DNA of 64,000 nucleotides from Candidatus Bathyarchaeota archaeon (GTDB taxonomy: Archaea; Thermoproteota; Bathyarchaeia; 40CM-2-53-6; RBG-13-38-9): NCBI GenBank assembly GCA_963807605.1, contig CAWECG010000003.1, positions 1,056,001 to 1,120,000 on the forward strand, read 5' to 3'. Position numbers and translations under genes: made by a program. Position 1 is the stretch's first letter. Each line of letters begins with the position of its first letter. Below, piece after piece: positions 29,731 to 40,797 of the stretch. The notes beneath the pieces are model-generated. The model was given only the letters and a program-made list of their open reading frames with translations, did not search any database and had not been told where the DNA came from.

Positions 29731-31179
29731 ATGAGCGGAAAAAAACAGTTGACGACGAATCAGGGAGTTCCGATCACTGACAACCAGAACTCGTTGACCG
29801 TCGGTGAACGTGGGCCGGTGTTGTTACAAGATGTCGAATTCATCGAGAAGATGGCCCATTTTGACAGAGAGCGTATTCCCGAAAGGGTTGTCCACGCTAA
29901 GGGAGCAGGCGCACATGGATATTTTCAGGTTTACAAGAGCATGGCACGTTACACTAAAGCGAAATTCCTCCAAGATCCGAAAAAGAAGACTCCTGTATTC
30001 GTAAGGTTCTCCACTGTTACAGGAGGACGGGGTTCTGCAGATACAGTAAGAGATCCACGGGGCTTTGCCGTCAAATTCTATACCGAAGACGGAAATTACG
30101 ACCTGGTAGGGAACAACCTGCCCGTGTTCTTCATTCGTGACGCCATAAAGTTTCCAGATATGGTTCACGCCTTCAAGGGCGCACCAGATAACAATATTCC
30201 ATCAGCCTCTTCCGCACATGACAGTTTTTGGGATTTTATCTCGCTGACACCTGAATCGACCCACATGATTATCTGGCTATTCACCGACCGCGGGACACCA
30301 AGAAGTTACAGGATGATGGAGGGCTTCGGTGTTAACACCTATCTATGGGTGAATTCTGACGGAAAGCCGACCTATGTCAAATACCATTGGAAACCGAAAG
30401 CGGGGGTACAGTGCCTTGACCGTCATGAAGCAACTCGACTGGCCGGTGCGGACCCCGACTACCTTACGCGTGATCTCTGGAATACTATTGCTGGCGGAGG
30501 AGAAGTCGAGTATGACCTCTACGTCCAGCTTATGGAAATCGCTGACGAATTAAAACAAGAATTCGATCCACTTGACCCTACAAAGACTTGGCCTGAGGAT
30601 AAACTCCCGCTAATACCAGTGGGCAAAATGGTGCTAAATCGTAACCATAACAACTTCTTTGCTGAGGTCGAACAGGCAGCCTTCTGCCCCGCCAGTATCG
30701 TTCCAGGAATAGAGTTTTCTGCTGACAAGTTACTTCAAGGCCGAACATTTTCCTATGCAGATACTCAACGCCATCGATTAGGACCGAACTACCTACAACT
30801 TCCCATTAACAAGCCAATAGTCGAGGTCAACAATAGCCAGCGTGATGGAGCAATGCAGTTGGGTAATTTTAGCGGGCCAGTCAATTATGAGCCCAGCAGC
30901 ATAGCTGATGGTTCACCCGTGGAGGCTCCAGCGGGCACGCCACACATATATCGAGTTGAGGGAGAAATCACTCGTCAGAAAATTAATAAGACTAACGACT
31001 TCGGGCAAGCTGGGGAAAAGTATCGTTCTCTTAGTAAGACAGACAAAGAGCACCTAGTGGATAACCTAATCGCCGATCTTATGCACGTTGATAAACCGAT
31101 TCAACAGCGAGCAATTGAGAATCTGACTAAGGCTGACCCTGATTTAGGTAAATCCGTGGCTGCAGGTTTGAAACGTTAG
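29731..31179 (+). CDS. katA: Monofunctional heme catalase (small subunit)
   Basis: FDRERIPERVVHAKG, VRFSTV, RDPRGFAVKFYT, VGNN, RTFSYADT. Confidence 0.96.
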   Translation: MSGKKQLTTNQGVPITDNQNSLTVGERGPVLLQDVEFIEKMAHFDRERIPERVVHAKGAGAHGYFQVYKSMARYTKAKFLQDPKKKTPVFVRFSTVTGGRGSADTVRDPRGFAVKFYTEDGNYDLVGNNLPVFFIRDAIKFPDMVHAFKGAPDNNIPSASSAHDSFWDFISLTPESTHMIIWLFTDRGTPRSYRMMEGFGVNTYLWVNSDGKPTYVKYHWKPKAGVQCLDRHEATRLAGADPDYLTRDLWNTIAGGGEVEYDLYVQLMEIADELKQEFDPLDPTKTWPEDKLPLIPVGKMVLNRNHNNFFAEVEQAAFCPASIVPGIEFSADKLLQGRTFSYADTQRHRLGPNYLQLPINKPIVEVNNSQRDGAMQLGNFSGPVNYEPSSIADGSPVEAPAGTPHIYRVEGEITRQKINKTNDFGQAGEKYRSLSKTDKEHLVDNLIADLMHVDKPIQQRAIENLTKADPDLGKSVAAGLKR

Positions 31180-31353
31180 AGTTCGCACAGAAACTTCACA
31201 ACCAACTTCCACCAACAGCACTGTGGGATACAACAGCACGTATCCCCCGTCCCACATTCGAGGTTCGAACAGGCACGCCAATACAGATGAAGCGCGCGCT
31301 AGAAGACATACCGACTACGCGCGCGCGTACTAGATGAAGAGGCTTCCTCGAAA

Positions 31354-33300
31354 TTACACTAGACCTGGAAAAAGATCCAATACTCTCAACATTAATCCTC
31401 CGATCAGTATTGCAAAGCCAATCTCGAAGAGGGTTATTGCGAGGGCTCTCTTGGTGCCGAACTGTCTGATCAATACGGTGATAGTTGCCAAACAAGGAAC
31501 ATATAGCATTATGACCGTGGCGTACACGATCATCTGTATTCCTGTCAAAACAGTGGCAAAGTTTGAGGTACCTACCAGTGCCGCCAACATGACAAGTGTT
31601 AACTCCTTTCGTAAGATGCCGAAGATGAGGGGTGTCATTGTTATTGCCGGTAGTCCAAGCCAAGAGACAGTAATCGGGCTGAAGGCTTGATCGAGGATTG
31701 GCAGAATGTCCAGTAAACTGAGCAGTTTAAGAACCAAGTTCCCGACGATTATGAGTGGAAACGCTACCCAAACGAATTCTTGAAGTCTGAACCAAGTTTG
31801 CTTCAGTGTTACCTCAAGTGAAGGCATTTTGTACGACGGCATCTCCATTATCAGACCGATTGGTTCCCCCGGTAGCACTTTGAAGGCAAGTCGCCCGAGG
31901 ACGAATATTATCATGAGATCGAAGGCGTACAGGAATAGGGCCCATTTCAGTCCGACGTATCTACCAACGAGACCCAGAATGATAACGGTTCTCGCTGCAC
32001 AAGGGACGAGTGTTGTGACAAAAGAAGCTAGGAAGCGTTCTCTCTCAGTTTCCATGATCCTGCATGCCATACAGCCTGGCACACAGCATCCGTAGCCCAA
32101 TAGGAGAGGTATGAACGCCTTTCCATGTAGACCAATCTTGTGCATGACCGAATCCATCAGAAAGGCTACTCTGGGAAGATAGCCAGAGTTCTCAAGAATG
32201 GAAAAAGCTACATAGAAGGGAACAATGTAAGGGAGGGCTATCGTAACCCCCGCGATTACTCCTTCCACCAATCCGTCCCAGATGAATTCGGAGACAAAAC
32301 CAATTCCAAACGTAGCAAAGAAGGCGGTCTTTGTTCTTTCAAACACACCCGACAAGAGACCCGAAGTGAAATCGCCAAAAACAAAGATCCCATAGAAGAC
32401 TGTTGCCATAACGAGAGCCATGACAACATACCCCCAGATCCTGTGAACTGTAAACGAGTCCAACTTCTCATCCAAGCCAGGCTTCGCGGGAGGCGTAACA
32501 ACTGTGCTTTTTCCCACAATCTGGTTCGCTACATTGTATCGTTCAGACGCTATGACAGTGGAAGTGGGTTCAGAATGAATTTTTTCGATTTCCTGTGCAA
32601 GAGAGTCCACTTTGTCGGCGACATCTTTTTGTTGACTGTAGACAAGTTTCTCGATTTCTGGGTCGCGCTCAAGTAGTTTGATCGCGATCCAACGGGGGGG
32701 ATAGCTCGACTTCACTCCTCCCAGTGCAGCCGTTAGCTTGTCGATTCTTTCTTCTATCTCCAGACCAAATCTGAGTTGATGAAGGGATTGAGGATGTCCT
32801 TTTTCATGAATTTCTATTGTCTTCCTAAGTAGCTCTTCCATTCCTACTCCTTTTGTTGCCACACATGGAACAACGGGAACTCCAAGCAGATCCTCAAGAT
32901 GCTTGTAATCTGTCTTTATGCCCTTTCTTGCGGCGATATCGATTTGGTTGAGAGCGACAACCAAAGGTACTTCCAGTTCTAGAAGCTGAAGTGTGAAGAA
33001 CAGGTTTCTTTCAAGCTGCGATGCGTCAGCGACATTAATGACGACATCCGGTTTCTCCAAAGCAATGTACTCTCTGGAGACTAATTCTTCCAGTGAGTAT
33101 GTTGAAAGGGAGTAGATACCCGGCAGGTCGATTACATCTATTTCGTAGCCTCCGAATACGAGGCTTCCCTCTGCTCTTTCAACAGTCTTTCCAGGCCAGT
33201 TTCCGATGTGTTGGTGCAGTCCAGTGAGATGATTGAATATAACACTCTTGCCGACATTCGCGTTGCCCGCAAGAGCGATAATGATTCTCTTCTGCGTCAT
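31354..33300 (-). CDS. feoB: Ferrous iron transporter B
   Basis: [25 protein letters not shown], Gate domains, EMP.Y. Confidence 0.96.
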   Translation of the reverse strand: MTQKRIIIALAGNANVGKSVIFNHLTGLHQHIGNWPGKTVERAEGSLVFGGYEIDVIDLPGIYSLSTYSLEELVSREYIALEKPDVVINVADASQLERNLFFTLQLLELEVPLVVALNQIDIAARKGIKTDYKHLEDLLGVPVVPCVATKGVGMEELLRKTIEIHEKGHPQSLHQLRFGLEIEERIDKLTAALGGVKSSYPPRWIAIKLLERDPEIEKLVYSQQKDVADKVDSLAQEIEKIHSEPTSTVIASERYNVANQIVGKSTVVTPPAKPGLDEKLDSFTVHRIWGYVVMALVMATVFYGIFVFGDFTSGLLSGVFERTKTAFFATFGIGFVSEFIWDGLVEGVIAGVTIALPYIVPFYVAFSILENSGYLPRVAFLMDSVMHKIGLHGKAFIPLLLGYGCCVPGCMACRIMETERERFLASFVTTLVPCAARTVIILGLVGRYVGLKWALFLYAFDLMIIFVLGRLAFKVLPGEPIGLIMEMPSYKMPSLEVTLKQTWFRLQEFVWVAFPLIIVGNLVLKLLSLLDILPILDQAFSPITVSWLGLPAITMTPLIFGILRKELTLVMLAALVGTSNFATVLTGIQMIVYATVIMLYVPCLATITVLIRQFGTKRALAITLFEIGFAILIGGLMLRVLDLFPGLV

Positions 33301-33305
33301 TTAAG

Positions 33306-34001
33306 CTAAGATTCCTCAACGAAGATTCTTGTCGCGAGGTTGTGTCCAATTGCCATGCTGGAACCCCTCACCGCGACCTCTACTGGCCCTCCTAGAGGAG
33401 CGCAGCTCTTCAGCTTCACCTGAGTGCCGTTGGTGACTCCGAGATCACGGAGTCTCTTGACCGCAACTTTTCCACCTCTGATGAAACGGACAGTGGCTTT
33501 GTGTCCCGGACGGATGGAGCAGAGCGGTTGCAACGACTCTCGACGTGATTTTGGAATCTCACTTGTTGGTTCGCAGGTGACGCAACTCTCTTGGTCTCTG
33601 TCGCAGATCGGTATCGGCTTTCCGTCCGGACATTTATCTGGAGATTGAAGCATTTTGCAGAGGCCGTTCTCCGCAACATCAGATAAGACGTGTTCCATGT
33701 CGCATGCCTGCCTATGGGCATTGCTTCCTCGAATATTGAGGATATCATGAAGAAAGCGTTCCAGAATTCTATGTTTTCTTGTGATCTTCTTGGCGATACG
33801 TCTCCCTCTCTCTGTCAGTGAAACATCTTTGTAGGGTTCGTATCGAATGTAGCCTTGTTCAGCTAAGCGCTTCAGCATCTCTGTCACGCTAGGGGGGCTA
33901 AATCCTAGATGCCTCGCTATCTCGACAGTGCTGGCTGGTTTGTCTTCTTCCTCAAACGAGTAGATCGTCTCCAAATATTCCTCAGTGTTGCTAGTTGACA
34001 T
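33306..34001 (-). CDS. DtxR/MntR family metal-dependent repressor with C-terminal FeoA domain
   Basis: EEYLETI, SPPSVTEM, HRILERFL, CDMEH, CPDG.PIP, FeoA-like tail. Confidence 0.92.
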   Translation of the reverse strand: MSTSNTEEYLETIYSFEEEDKPASTVEIARHLGFSPPSVTEMLKRLAEQGYIRYEPYKDVSLTERGRRIAKKITRKHRILERFLHDILNIRGSNAHRQACDMEHVLSDVAENGLCKMLQSPDKCPDGKPIPICDRDQESCVTCEPTSEIPKSRRESLQPLCSIRPGHKATVRFIRGGKVAVKRLRDLGVTNGTQVKLKSCAPLGGPVEVAVRGSSMAIGHNLATRIFVEES

Positions 34002-34010
34002 ACGGACAAG

Positions 34011-34028
34011 ATTTAGGAGTGCCTAAAT
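34011..34028. promoter_or_regulatory. Candidate DtxR-family operator ATTTAGG-AGTG-CCTAAAT
   Basis: Perfect 7-4-7 palindrome with TTAGG/CCTAA arms, lying between the TATA-like box and the ATG of the DtxR-feoB operon. Confidence 0.75.
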
Positions 34029-34423
34029 TTAAGCTTTACCCATTTGTGCATCCGTCGCTAACAAGTGACAGTGATCAAGTGCAAGGGGTAAACATACGCA
34101 TTTTTCCTAAAGCAAATATCTCAACATGTCGAACAAATAACTCAACATATTAGAAATAGAATACCCAAATTAGTGAACTGGGCGGCATTTGCACCCAAAA
34201 CTGCTTTCGGTAACTCAATTTCCGTCACAAGGTGAGATTCACGTCGGCAGACGGGTGCACGAACCCCGCTCCCCCCAACCATTTTACTGTCTTTTACGTG
34301 GGCGTTTCTTGGTTGTACGGGATGCACCTTGATCATCTAAACAGTAGATAACGCATAACTAAAAGACAGCAATTTGATGAGGCTACTACTTAACTAAGCA
34401 AAGACAGTATAACTTCTGCAGGT

Positions 34424-35182
34424 ATGATTAACTTGAGACTTCAAGGAAAGGTTGCTCTAGTGACAGGTGGTGGTCGCGGGATAGGCCGTTCAATATCTAA
34501 GCTCTTTGCGGAAGAGGGAGCCAAATTAATAATCAATTACAACAGGTCTGAGAGAGAGGCTCGGAGTCTTGCAGAGGAATTAATGAAATTCGGACAAGAG
34601 ACACTCCTCGCAAAGGCTGATGTCTCAAGGTCAGACGAAGTCAAGGAAATGATTAGTCAGGCTGTTAAACGATTTGCGAGAATAGATATTCTGGTAAATA
34701 ATGCAGGAGTTCTGCTACCGGAGCCATTTCTCGAGTCCACTGAAGAAACATGGGATAAAACTATGGCTGTCAATTTGAAAGGCGCTTATCTATGCTCCAG
34801 GGAGGTCGCGCCTATAATGTTGAAACAAGGAAAAGGCAAGATAATCAATCTCTCTTCTATCTCTGGACTGGCCGAGAGGACAGCCGTGAGAAACACGGCT
34901 TATGTAGTTTCTAAAGCTGGAATAATCGGCCTCACACGTTCTATGGCCGTGAATCTGGGTCCAAAAATAAATGTGAACGCAATATGTCCCGGTCTTACAG
35001 AGACGGATATGATAGTTGCTCTTGGATCTGAACCTGTGAGAGCAGGTAAGGAAGACGCGATCTTAAAGCGGATCGGCAAACCTGAAGAGATTGCGTATGC
35101 AGCTCTTTTTCTAGCATCAGACGAATCAGACTTCATCACAGGTGAGATGTTAACAGTATCTGGCGGCAGGGCAATGAGATAG
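34424..35182 (+). CDS. Short-chain dehydrogenase/reductase (FabG-like)
   Basis: TGGGRGIG, NNAG, YVVSK. Confidence 0.93.
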   Translation: MINLRLQGKVALVTGGGRGIGRSISKLFAEEGAKLIINYNRSEREARSLAEELMKFGQETLLAKADVSRSDEVKEMISQAVKRFARIDILVNNAGVLLPEPFLESTEETWDKTMAVNLKGAYLCSREVAPIMLKQGKGKIINLSSISGLAERTAVRNTAYVVSKAGIIGLTRSMAVNLGPKINVNAICPGLTETDMIVALGSEPVRAGKEDAILKRIGKPEEIAYAALFLASDESDFITGEMLTVSGGRAMR

Positions 35183-35354
35183 TGAAGCGCGCACTAGTGT
35201 TATCCACACACAGAAGACCATACATCCCAGTCTTGGAATCGTACACCTAGGATTTTTTCCGGTCCAAACTCATCTGAGAACTTCTCTATAATCAAAATGC
35301 ATCCAAACCCGAAGAATTTCTGTAGATTCGTAAATGTTTGAAGATTCATTGAGT

Positions 35355-36068
35355 CTATGGCAGGGCCAGCGATACAAGATACATAGCTAATACTGCAGTC
35401 AGCGGCACTGTAAAATTATCGAATGGTTTCAGTCGACCCACTGTGCAGGCCTCAACTACTGTTCCAACAACCGCGCCCGCAAGTGAGAGGATGATCATGT
35501 TGTTCAGTGATGCAGTTACTATGCCCGTCTGAACTGCGACAGTCATGGCCAAGAACGCTCCTAGAGTGGAGAAGACTAGCATTGCAAACGAACCCTCAAG
35601 ACTCTTTGCAGAGTGTGGATATGTGTGTCTATGTTTGAAGCGGGGGCCAAGAACGGATGCGAAACCGTCTCCCCATGCCATTATCATGACAGCCGCCATA
35701 GCTAGATGCCTCATATTCCACGCAGTGATTACGAGGATAGCTATTGCGACTATGTAGTAAAGAGGTCCGTATTTGTGGAGTCTATCATACTCATCATCGA
35801 TCATCGTTCTAGACATGATGTCCGTCCTGCGGTGGAGAAAGGAGTATATCGTAAGCAAGGCTAAACCGAAGGGAATTAGGAGTGGATAATACAGGGCTGA
35901 GAAGAAAGGCAGAAGGAGCATATTGTCTCCAGCGAGGAGATGTATCACATGTCTGGTCGTCGTTGCTCTTAGATCGAATCTCTTTCTTGCATACTCTGAG
36001 ATCCCTATTACTAGAAGTACAATTGCGTACACTACGACTATCAGTGTCACATCGACAATAGAGATCAT
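35355..36068 (-). CDS. Phytol/dolichol kinase-like CTP-dependent membrane kinase
   Basis: RHVIH, GPLYY, WGDGFAS..G, KSLEGS, DNFTVP. Confidence 0.85.
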   Translation of the reverse strand: MISIVDVTLIVVVYAIVLLVIGISEYARKRFDLRATTTRHVIHLLAGDNMLLLPFFSALYYPLLIPFGLALLTIYSFLHRRTDIMSRTMIDDEYDRLHKYGPLYYIVAIAILVITAWNMRHLAMAAVMIMAWGDGFASVLGPRFKHRHTYPHSAKSLEGSFAMLVFSTLGAFLAMTVAVQTGIVTASLNNMIILSLAGAVVGTVVEACTVGRLKPFDNFTVPLTAVLAMYLVSLALP

Positions 36069-36199
36069 GGTCTGGAAGTATTCCCATCAGCTTAAAGAAT
36101 TATTCTTTACTCAAAGAATCAAATACCCCAGATAATCAAAAATATTATCAAGGCTCAGAATGAGATTAGACTCGCTGTTACGGCTGAGTTGGCACTGCC

Positions 36200-37018
36200 A
36201 TGAATATCTTTACAGTGATCGAAGCATTTCTAGCGTGCGGAATTTTAGGGGTCATCTCATTCAGATTCAAATTCGTCGACGATTCGGGGCTTGCTGCAGC
36301 TTTCTTGATAGGCATTCTCATCTTTGTCTTGCCACCTGACGGATGGAAGTGGTTCATAGTCGTACTGATCTTTCATGGAGTCGCAGCACAATTTACCAAG
36401 TACAAGTATGCAATGAAGCGACGCATGGGGTTTGCCCAGGAGAAGGGTGGAGCACGCGCTTGGCAGAACATTGTTGCGAATGGCGGAGTTGCGGCCCTTT
36501 TTGCCGTTGGCGAGGGTTTGTCACACTCGAACCTTCTCGCCCTCGGTTTCATAGGTGCAGTATCAACTGCAACTGCCGATACTCTGGCTACGGAGATAGG
36601 CCTCCTCAGTCGAAGTCCACCCAGGCTCCTAACGGATCTTCGCAGGAGAGTCGCGCCTGGAACCTCTGGAGGGGTCTCGCCTATGGGTGAGCTTGCGACT
36701 CTTCTAGGTGCCGCACTCATCGGCCTCACCACTAGTTTTCTAGGTCTGGGAAACATAGATGGATACGGCCTTACTAGATTATTGTTTGTAGCCGTAATTT
36801 CGGGGTTTGTAGGTTGCACAGTTGATAGTCTCATAGGTGCGACTGTCCAAGGTATGTTCAGATGTAAAAAATGCGACAACATAACGGAGAACAAGAAACA
36901 CTGTGGAATCGCAACGATTCCTATCAGAGGCTCTGGGCTAATAGACAATAATATGGTTAACTTCATCGCAACCGCTACTGGAGCCCTATTTGCAGTTACG
37001 ATGTTCCTATTCTTGTAG
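36200..37018 (+). CDS. DUF92/TMEM19 (VTE6-like) membrane protein
   Basis: R..NIVANG, ADTLATEIG, PGTSGGVS, DSLIGATVQ, DNNMVN. Confidence 0.9.
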   Translation: MNIFTVIEAFLACGILGVISFRFKFVDDSGLAAAFLIGILIFVLPPDGWKWFIVVLIFHGVAAQFTKYKYAMKRRMGFAQEKGGARAWQNIVANGGVAALFAVGEGLSHSNLLALGFIGAVSTATADTLATEIGLLSRSPPRLLTDLRRRVAPGTSGGVSPMGELATLLGAALIGLTTSFLGLGNIDGYGLTRLLFVAVISGFVGCTVDSLIGATVQGMFRCKKCDNITENKKHCGIATIPIRGSGLIDNNMVNFIATATGALFAVTMFLFL

Positions 37019-37260
37019 TCTTAGTTTCTTGAAAACATTGGCTTCGTTCCGTTCAGATGAATCTATAGGCAAGTAGAATCCATTCAAAGGCGAACAAAGA
37101 CAGGTTAGTCATGATTTAAGGTCAAGCTATTCGAGTATTGTCAGATGATGGTGTGTTGCTTTGCAATCTGTTATAAGACGCATCATATTTTACGCGCGCG
37201 TGTAGTCAATGGCAGTGCGATAATACGATTTCATTTGGCTATTCTGAAGGTGTCGTATGA

Positions 37261-38103
37261 ATGATCAACTCTGTTCTGCTGGCGGTTCTCAGCATGGCTG
37301 CCACAGGGTTCTCGGATTTTTTCTATAAACGAGCTAGGATTGGTGGCGCTACTCCAGAGTTCTTCCTTGCATTTCAAAGCATATTCTTCAACGCGACCGG
37401 CTTAGCTTTTGCCGTATTTGTAGGGTGTCTTGAAATATCAGCACAGACAGTCTTTTTCGGAGCCGCCTGTGCTTCGCTTGTATATATTTCATTTTATCTG
37501 TTTTTTAGGGGTCTTGGTGCAGGACAGGCGACCGTGAATGTTCCAATATTCCGATTAAGCTTTGTTGTAACGGCTGTCATGGCATTCGTATTCCTCAACG
37601 AGGCTGCAACATTTGGAAAGGTCCTCGCGGTAGGTTTATCGGTTCTAAGCATACTCGCCCTATCTAAAAGTCTACGCACCGGATCAGCGTCTCTGTCAGC
37701 ACTATTTCAGCTTGTTTTCGCGACAATTATCTATGGAGTCTTCGGGCTTCTCTACAAGATTGCAATATCATTGGGATCAGCTCCGACAGGAATACTAGTA
37801 GTCCAAGGTGCGTTCTTCATAGTGTACGCCTTCGTTATCGCATATCGACGGAGTCTAATCAAGACTTCTCGAACGATTACTTTGCACGCGCCAGTTTGTG
37901 GGATTCTTTTATCATCGGCATATCTGCTCCTCTTGGAATCCCTCAAATATGGAGACGTCAGTGTCAGTTTCTCCATCGTACAGCTCAGCTTTGTGATCAC
38001 CAGCGTCCTAGCAATGCTTGCTTGGCCTGAAAAAATAAGGCCACTGAATGTCTTGGGAATAATATTGGCTGTACTGGCAATCGCTTCATTCGCATACCTG
38101 TAA
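37261..38103 (+). CDS. EamA/DMT family transporter
   Basis: Ten predicted TM helices in two repeats. Confidence 0.85.
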   Translation: MINSVLLAVLSMAATGFSDFFYKRARIGGATPEFFLAFQSIFFNATGLAFAVFVGCLEISAQTVFFGAACASLVYISFYLFFRGLGAGQATVNVPIFRLSFVVTAVMAFVFLNEAATFGKVLAVGLSVLSILALSKSLRTGSASLSALFQLVFATIIYGVFGLLYKIAISLGSAPTGILVVQGAFFIVYAFVIAYRRSLIKTSRTITLHAPVCGILLSSAYLLLLESLKYGDVSVSFSIVQLSFVITSVLAMLAWPEKIRPLNVLGIILAVLAIASFAYL

Positions 38104-38253
38104 TCTAATTTGCCCGCTTTCTCGATTTATGTGTGAGTTGATCTCGGTCAAGATAGGGCTAAATATGGAGGGCATCACTGAAAACTAAAGATTACTGGCA
38201 AGACCAAAATGATTCAGACTTAAATTGGAATCCTTCGCAAATCAGACAGGCAG

Positions 38254-39291
38254 ATGTCCGCAGTGCACGAACTCAAATCGATTGAAACAAGGACGTTAGT
38301 GGGGACTAAGAAAGCCCTTGCCTTACTCTCCGGGGGCTTGGACAGCACACTCGCTGTAGCTTTGTTGACTAAGCAAGACATAGATGTGGAAGGGATATTC
38401 TTTTCCTCACCTTTCTGCAAGTGCAATAGGAAAGGTAGCTGTCAAGCCGTAGACGTGGCCAGAGCACTAGGCATCAGACTAAAGATGATTACTAAGGATG
38501 AGGAGTATCTTGAGGTTGTCAGGAAGCCTAAACATGGCTATGGAAAGGGCATGAATCCCTGCATTGATTGCAGGATCTTCATGTTGAGAAAAGCCAAGGA
38601 GTACGCCGACGAAATGGGAGCATCTCTGATAGTCACTGGTGAAGTCTTGGATGAGAGACCGATGTCGCAACACCGTAGAGCCCTTGACTTGATAGAGAAA
38701 GAATCTGGTCTGACAGGGAGGATCCTCAGGCCCCTTTCAGCCAAGCTGCTGCCTGAGACTGAGGCTGAGAAGAGCGGCTTAGTCAATAGAGACCAGCTTC
38801 TCGATATAAGTGGCCGGTCAAGAAAGAGACAGATCGAGTTGGCAAAGAACTTCAACATCACAGGATATGCTTGCCCTGCAGGAGGATGCCTACTTACAGA
38901 CCCACCTTTTGCAAGAAGGTTAAAAGACCTCTTCAAGAACACGAAAAAAGTCACTATGAGAGACATCGAATTACTGAAAGTAGGCAGGCATTTCAGACGC
39001 GGATCAAGCAAAATAATCGTTGGCAGAGACGAAGACGAGAACAAACGTCTGTTGACATTAAAGCGAGAGGATGACTATTTCTTTGAGATTCAGGGATCTG
39101 GCAGTCCCATAACTTTGCTTCAAAGTCCGGTATCGCAAGGGGCCATCGAGACTGCCGCGGCCTTGACGTTATATTACTCAGATTGCAAGGAAAGTAGAGG
39201 AGTCGTAACGTACGGAAAAGAAAGGTTGGATAGAAACATAAGTATCTTCTTTATCAGTAAGGAGGAAGTCGACAGACTGAGAATTTCCTGA
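38254..39291 (+). CDS. PP-loop tRNA thiolation enzyme (ThiI/MnmA-like, DUF814-containing)
   Basis: SGGLDS, MNPCIDC, TGEVLDERPMSQ, PAGGCLLT, GRHFR. Confidence 0.85.
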   Translation: MSAVHELKSIETRTLVGTKKALALLSGGLDSTLAVALLTKQDIDVEGIFFSSPFCKCNRKGSCQAVDVARALGIRLKMITKDEEYLEVVRKPKHGYGKGMNPCIDCRIFMLRKAKEYADEMGASLIVTGEVLDERPMSQHRRALDLIEKESGLTGRILRPLSAKLLPETEAEKSGLVNRDQLLDISGRSRKRQIELAKNFNITGYACPAGGCLLTDPPFARRLKDLFKNTKKVTMRDIELLKVGRHFRRGSSKIIVGRDEDENKRLLTLKREDDYFFEIQGSGSPITLLQSPVSQGAIETAAALTLYYSDCKESRGVVTYGKERLDRNISIFFISKEEVDRLRIS

Positions 39292-39402
39292 AAGCCATTT
39301 TACATTTCCCCAGGCTTTCGACATTGAAATGCTGACCAAACACGCAAGTCCTTTACTTCCATCTAAGAGCTTTATATATTTAGCAAATATGACAAAGTCG
39401 TC

Positions 39403-39786
39403 ATGTCAACAGAATCTGATCGTGGCTGGAGCCTCGTAGAAAGATTCTCATAATTGCAGCGGCTGTTTTCTTAGCAGTCATGATACTACCTTATCTTAGA
39501 TCCGTTGTTTTTTCCGAGTGCATATCCAGGTTTCGCGCAGTCGGTGTGCTGCGCTTCTAGCCGCAACGGAAGAAACCCTGAGAATCCGGAAACTCGACAG
39601 CAATCCAACAGCCTCGACGCCGCCAACGATGCTGCCTTGACATATTATCGACAGAAGTACAACGACTCATCGGTAACTGCAAGTTCGAAAGACTATGGCT
39701 ACCACATAGAAGTAATCATAAGTGAAAATGGACAACCAATTAAAGACTTCACATATCTCAATGGTAGAATATACAAACAACCATAA
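39403..39786 (+). pseudogene. Small exported protein, apparently frameshifted at the 5' end
   Basis: Hydrophobic N-terminal segment (KILIIAAAVFLAVMILP) is out of frame with both the ATG at 39403 and the ORF 39505-39786. Confidence 0.4.
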
Positions 39787-40197
39787 ATGCAAGTGATCTT
39801 TCGCAGGGCTTCAGCGCTACGAATTGTACATCTACTGAAAGAGATACCAACCGCGGTCGATTCCGCGTAATCGCTAGGCTATTTTTCAGTATTGATGAAA
39901 GGGCTGTAATCACCGTTATCGGCGACAGCTACAATGACTCATCCAGTAAGGGAGTAATCAAATCACTGTGTAAGAGGATGCAAGTACACACAGAATCGAT
40001 ATATTCTGTAACGTCGATAAATGGGATCTACCGCGTTCAGATATTCATCTCAATTTCTTTAATAATCCAACTTTTTGTTGGTAAGAATCTCGCCGGCTGA
40101 GTATTATGATTACTGTTCCGACAACATCATTAACTCGCATAAAATCAAGAGGCAAAGCTTAAATTATATACGATAATTGTTATAGTTCAGATGCAAT

Positions 40198-40431
40198 ATG
40201 CCAAGGAGAAAGGCTTCTAGCGCGCTATCAGATGTTTTGAGTTCTGCTGAAAGGCTGAAGGATAGCATTGCGGCTGTGCCAGTTGAAATTCAAGATAGGA
40301 TTAGAGAGCTGGCTATGGCGATAGTCAGCAAACCTGTAAAGCGGCGTGGTCGTCCGCCGAAGAAAAGAGGGAGGCCACGGAAGAGAGGCAGACCGCGCAA
40401 GCCCAAGACAGAGACGCCCACTCAAGTATAG
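40198..40431 (+). CDS. Small basic protein with three tandem AT-hook-like motifs
   Basis: KRRGRPPKKRGRPRKRGRPRK; TATA-like CTTAAATTATATA upstream. Confidence 0.8.
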   Translation: MPRRKASSALSDVLSSAERLKDSIAAVPVEIQDRIRELAMAIVSKPVKRRGRPPKKRGRPRKRGRPRKPKTETPTQV

Positions 40432-40452
40432 AAAGAACCGATCTCAGTAACT

Positions 40453-40665
40453 TTACTTCTCTATCTGTACAACTTTTTTTCTAGCCTTTAATCCAGAAAT
40501 TATTCTGACCTGAGATGAAGAGACGCCAAAGCGTCTAGCCAACTTCTTAATCAATTCACGGTTTGCTTTACCATCTTCAGGTCTTGATGTTAGACCAATC
40601 GTGATCTTATTTCCATCGATATCAACGAAATCTTTATGGAATTTAACTTCGACTTCATATATCAT
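40453..40665 (-). CDS. DUF167 (YggU/UPF0235) family protein
   Basis: P.DGKANRELIK.LA..F, IISG...RKK. Confidence 0.9.
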   Translation of the reverse strand: MIYEVEVKFHKDFVDIDGNKITIGLTSRPEDGKANRELIKKLARRFGVSSSQVRIISGLKARKKVVQIEK

Positions 40666-40797
40666 TTCGATTAAGGTCCCCTTTTGCAGTATCCTCAGTC
40701 CGCTTCGTTATCATCGCCGGCGTATGTGCGGACTTAGATGAGATCTCTGATAAAAAACATAACTGTCGGCATTGTATGATCCATTTAGGTTGTCACA

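Noticed and set aside
40218-40227. TAGCGCGCTA as a junction motif
   Set aside because: It lies inside the AT-hook coding sequence, so it is counted as an exception or chance occurrence.
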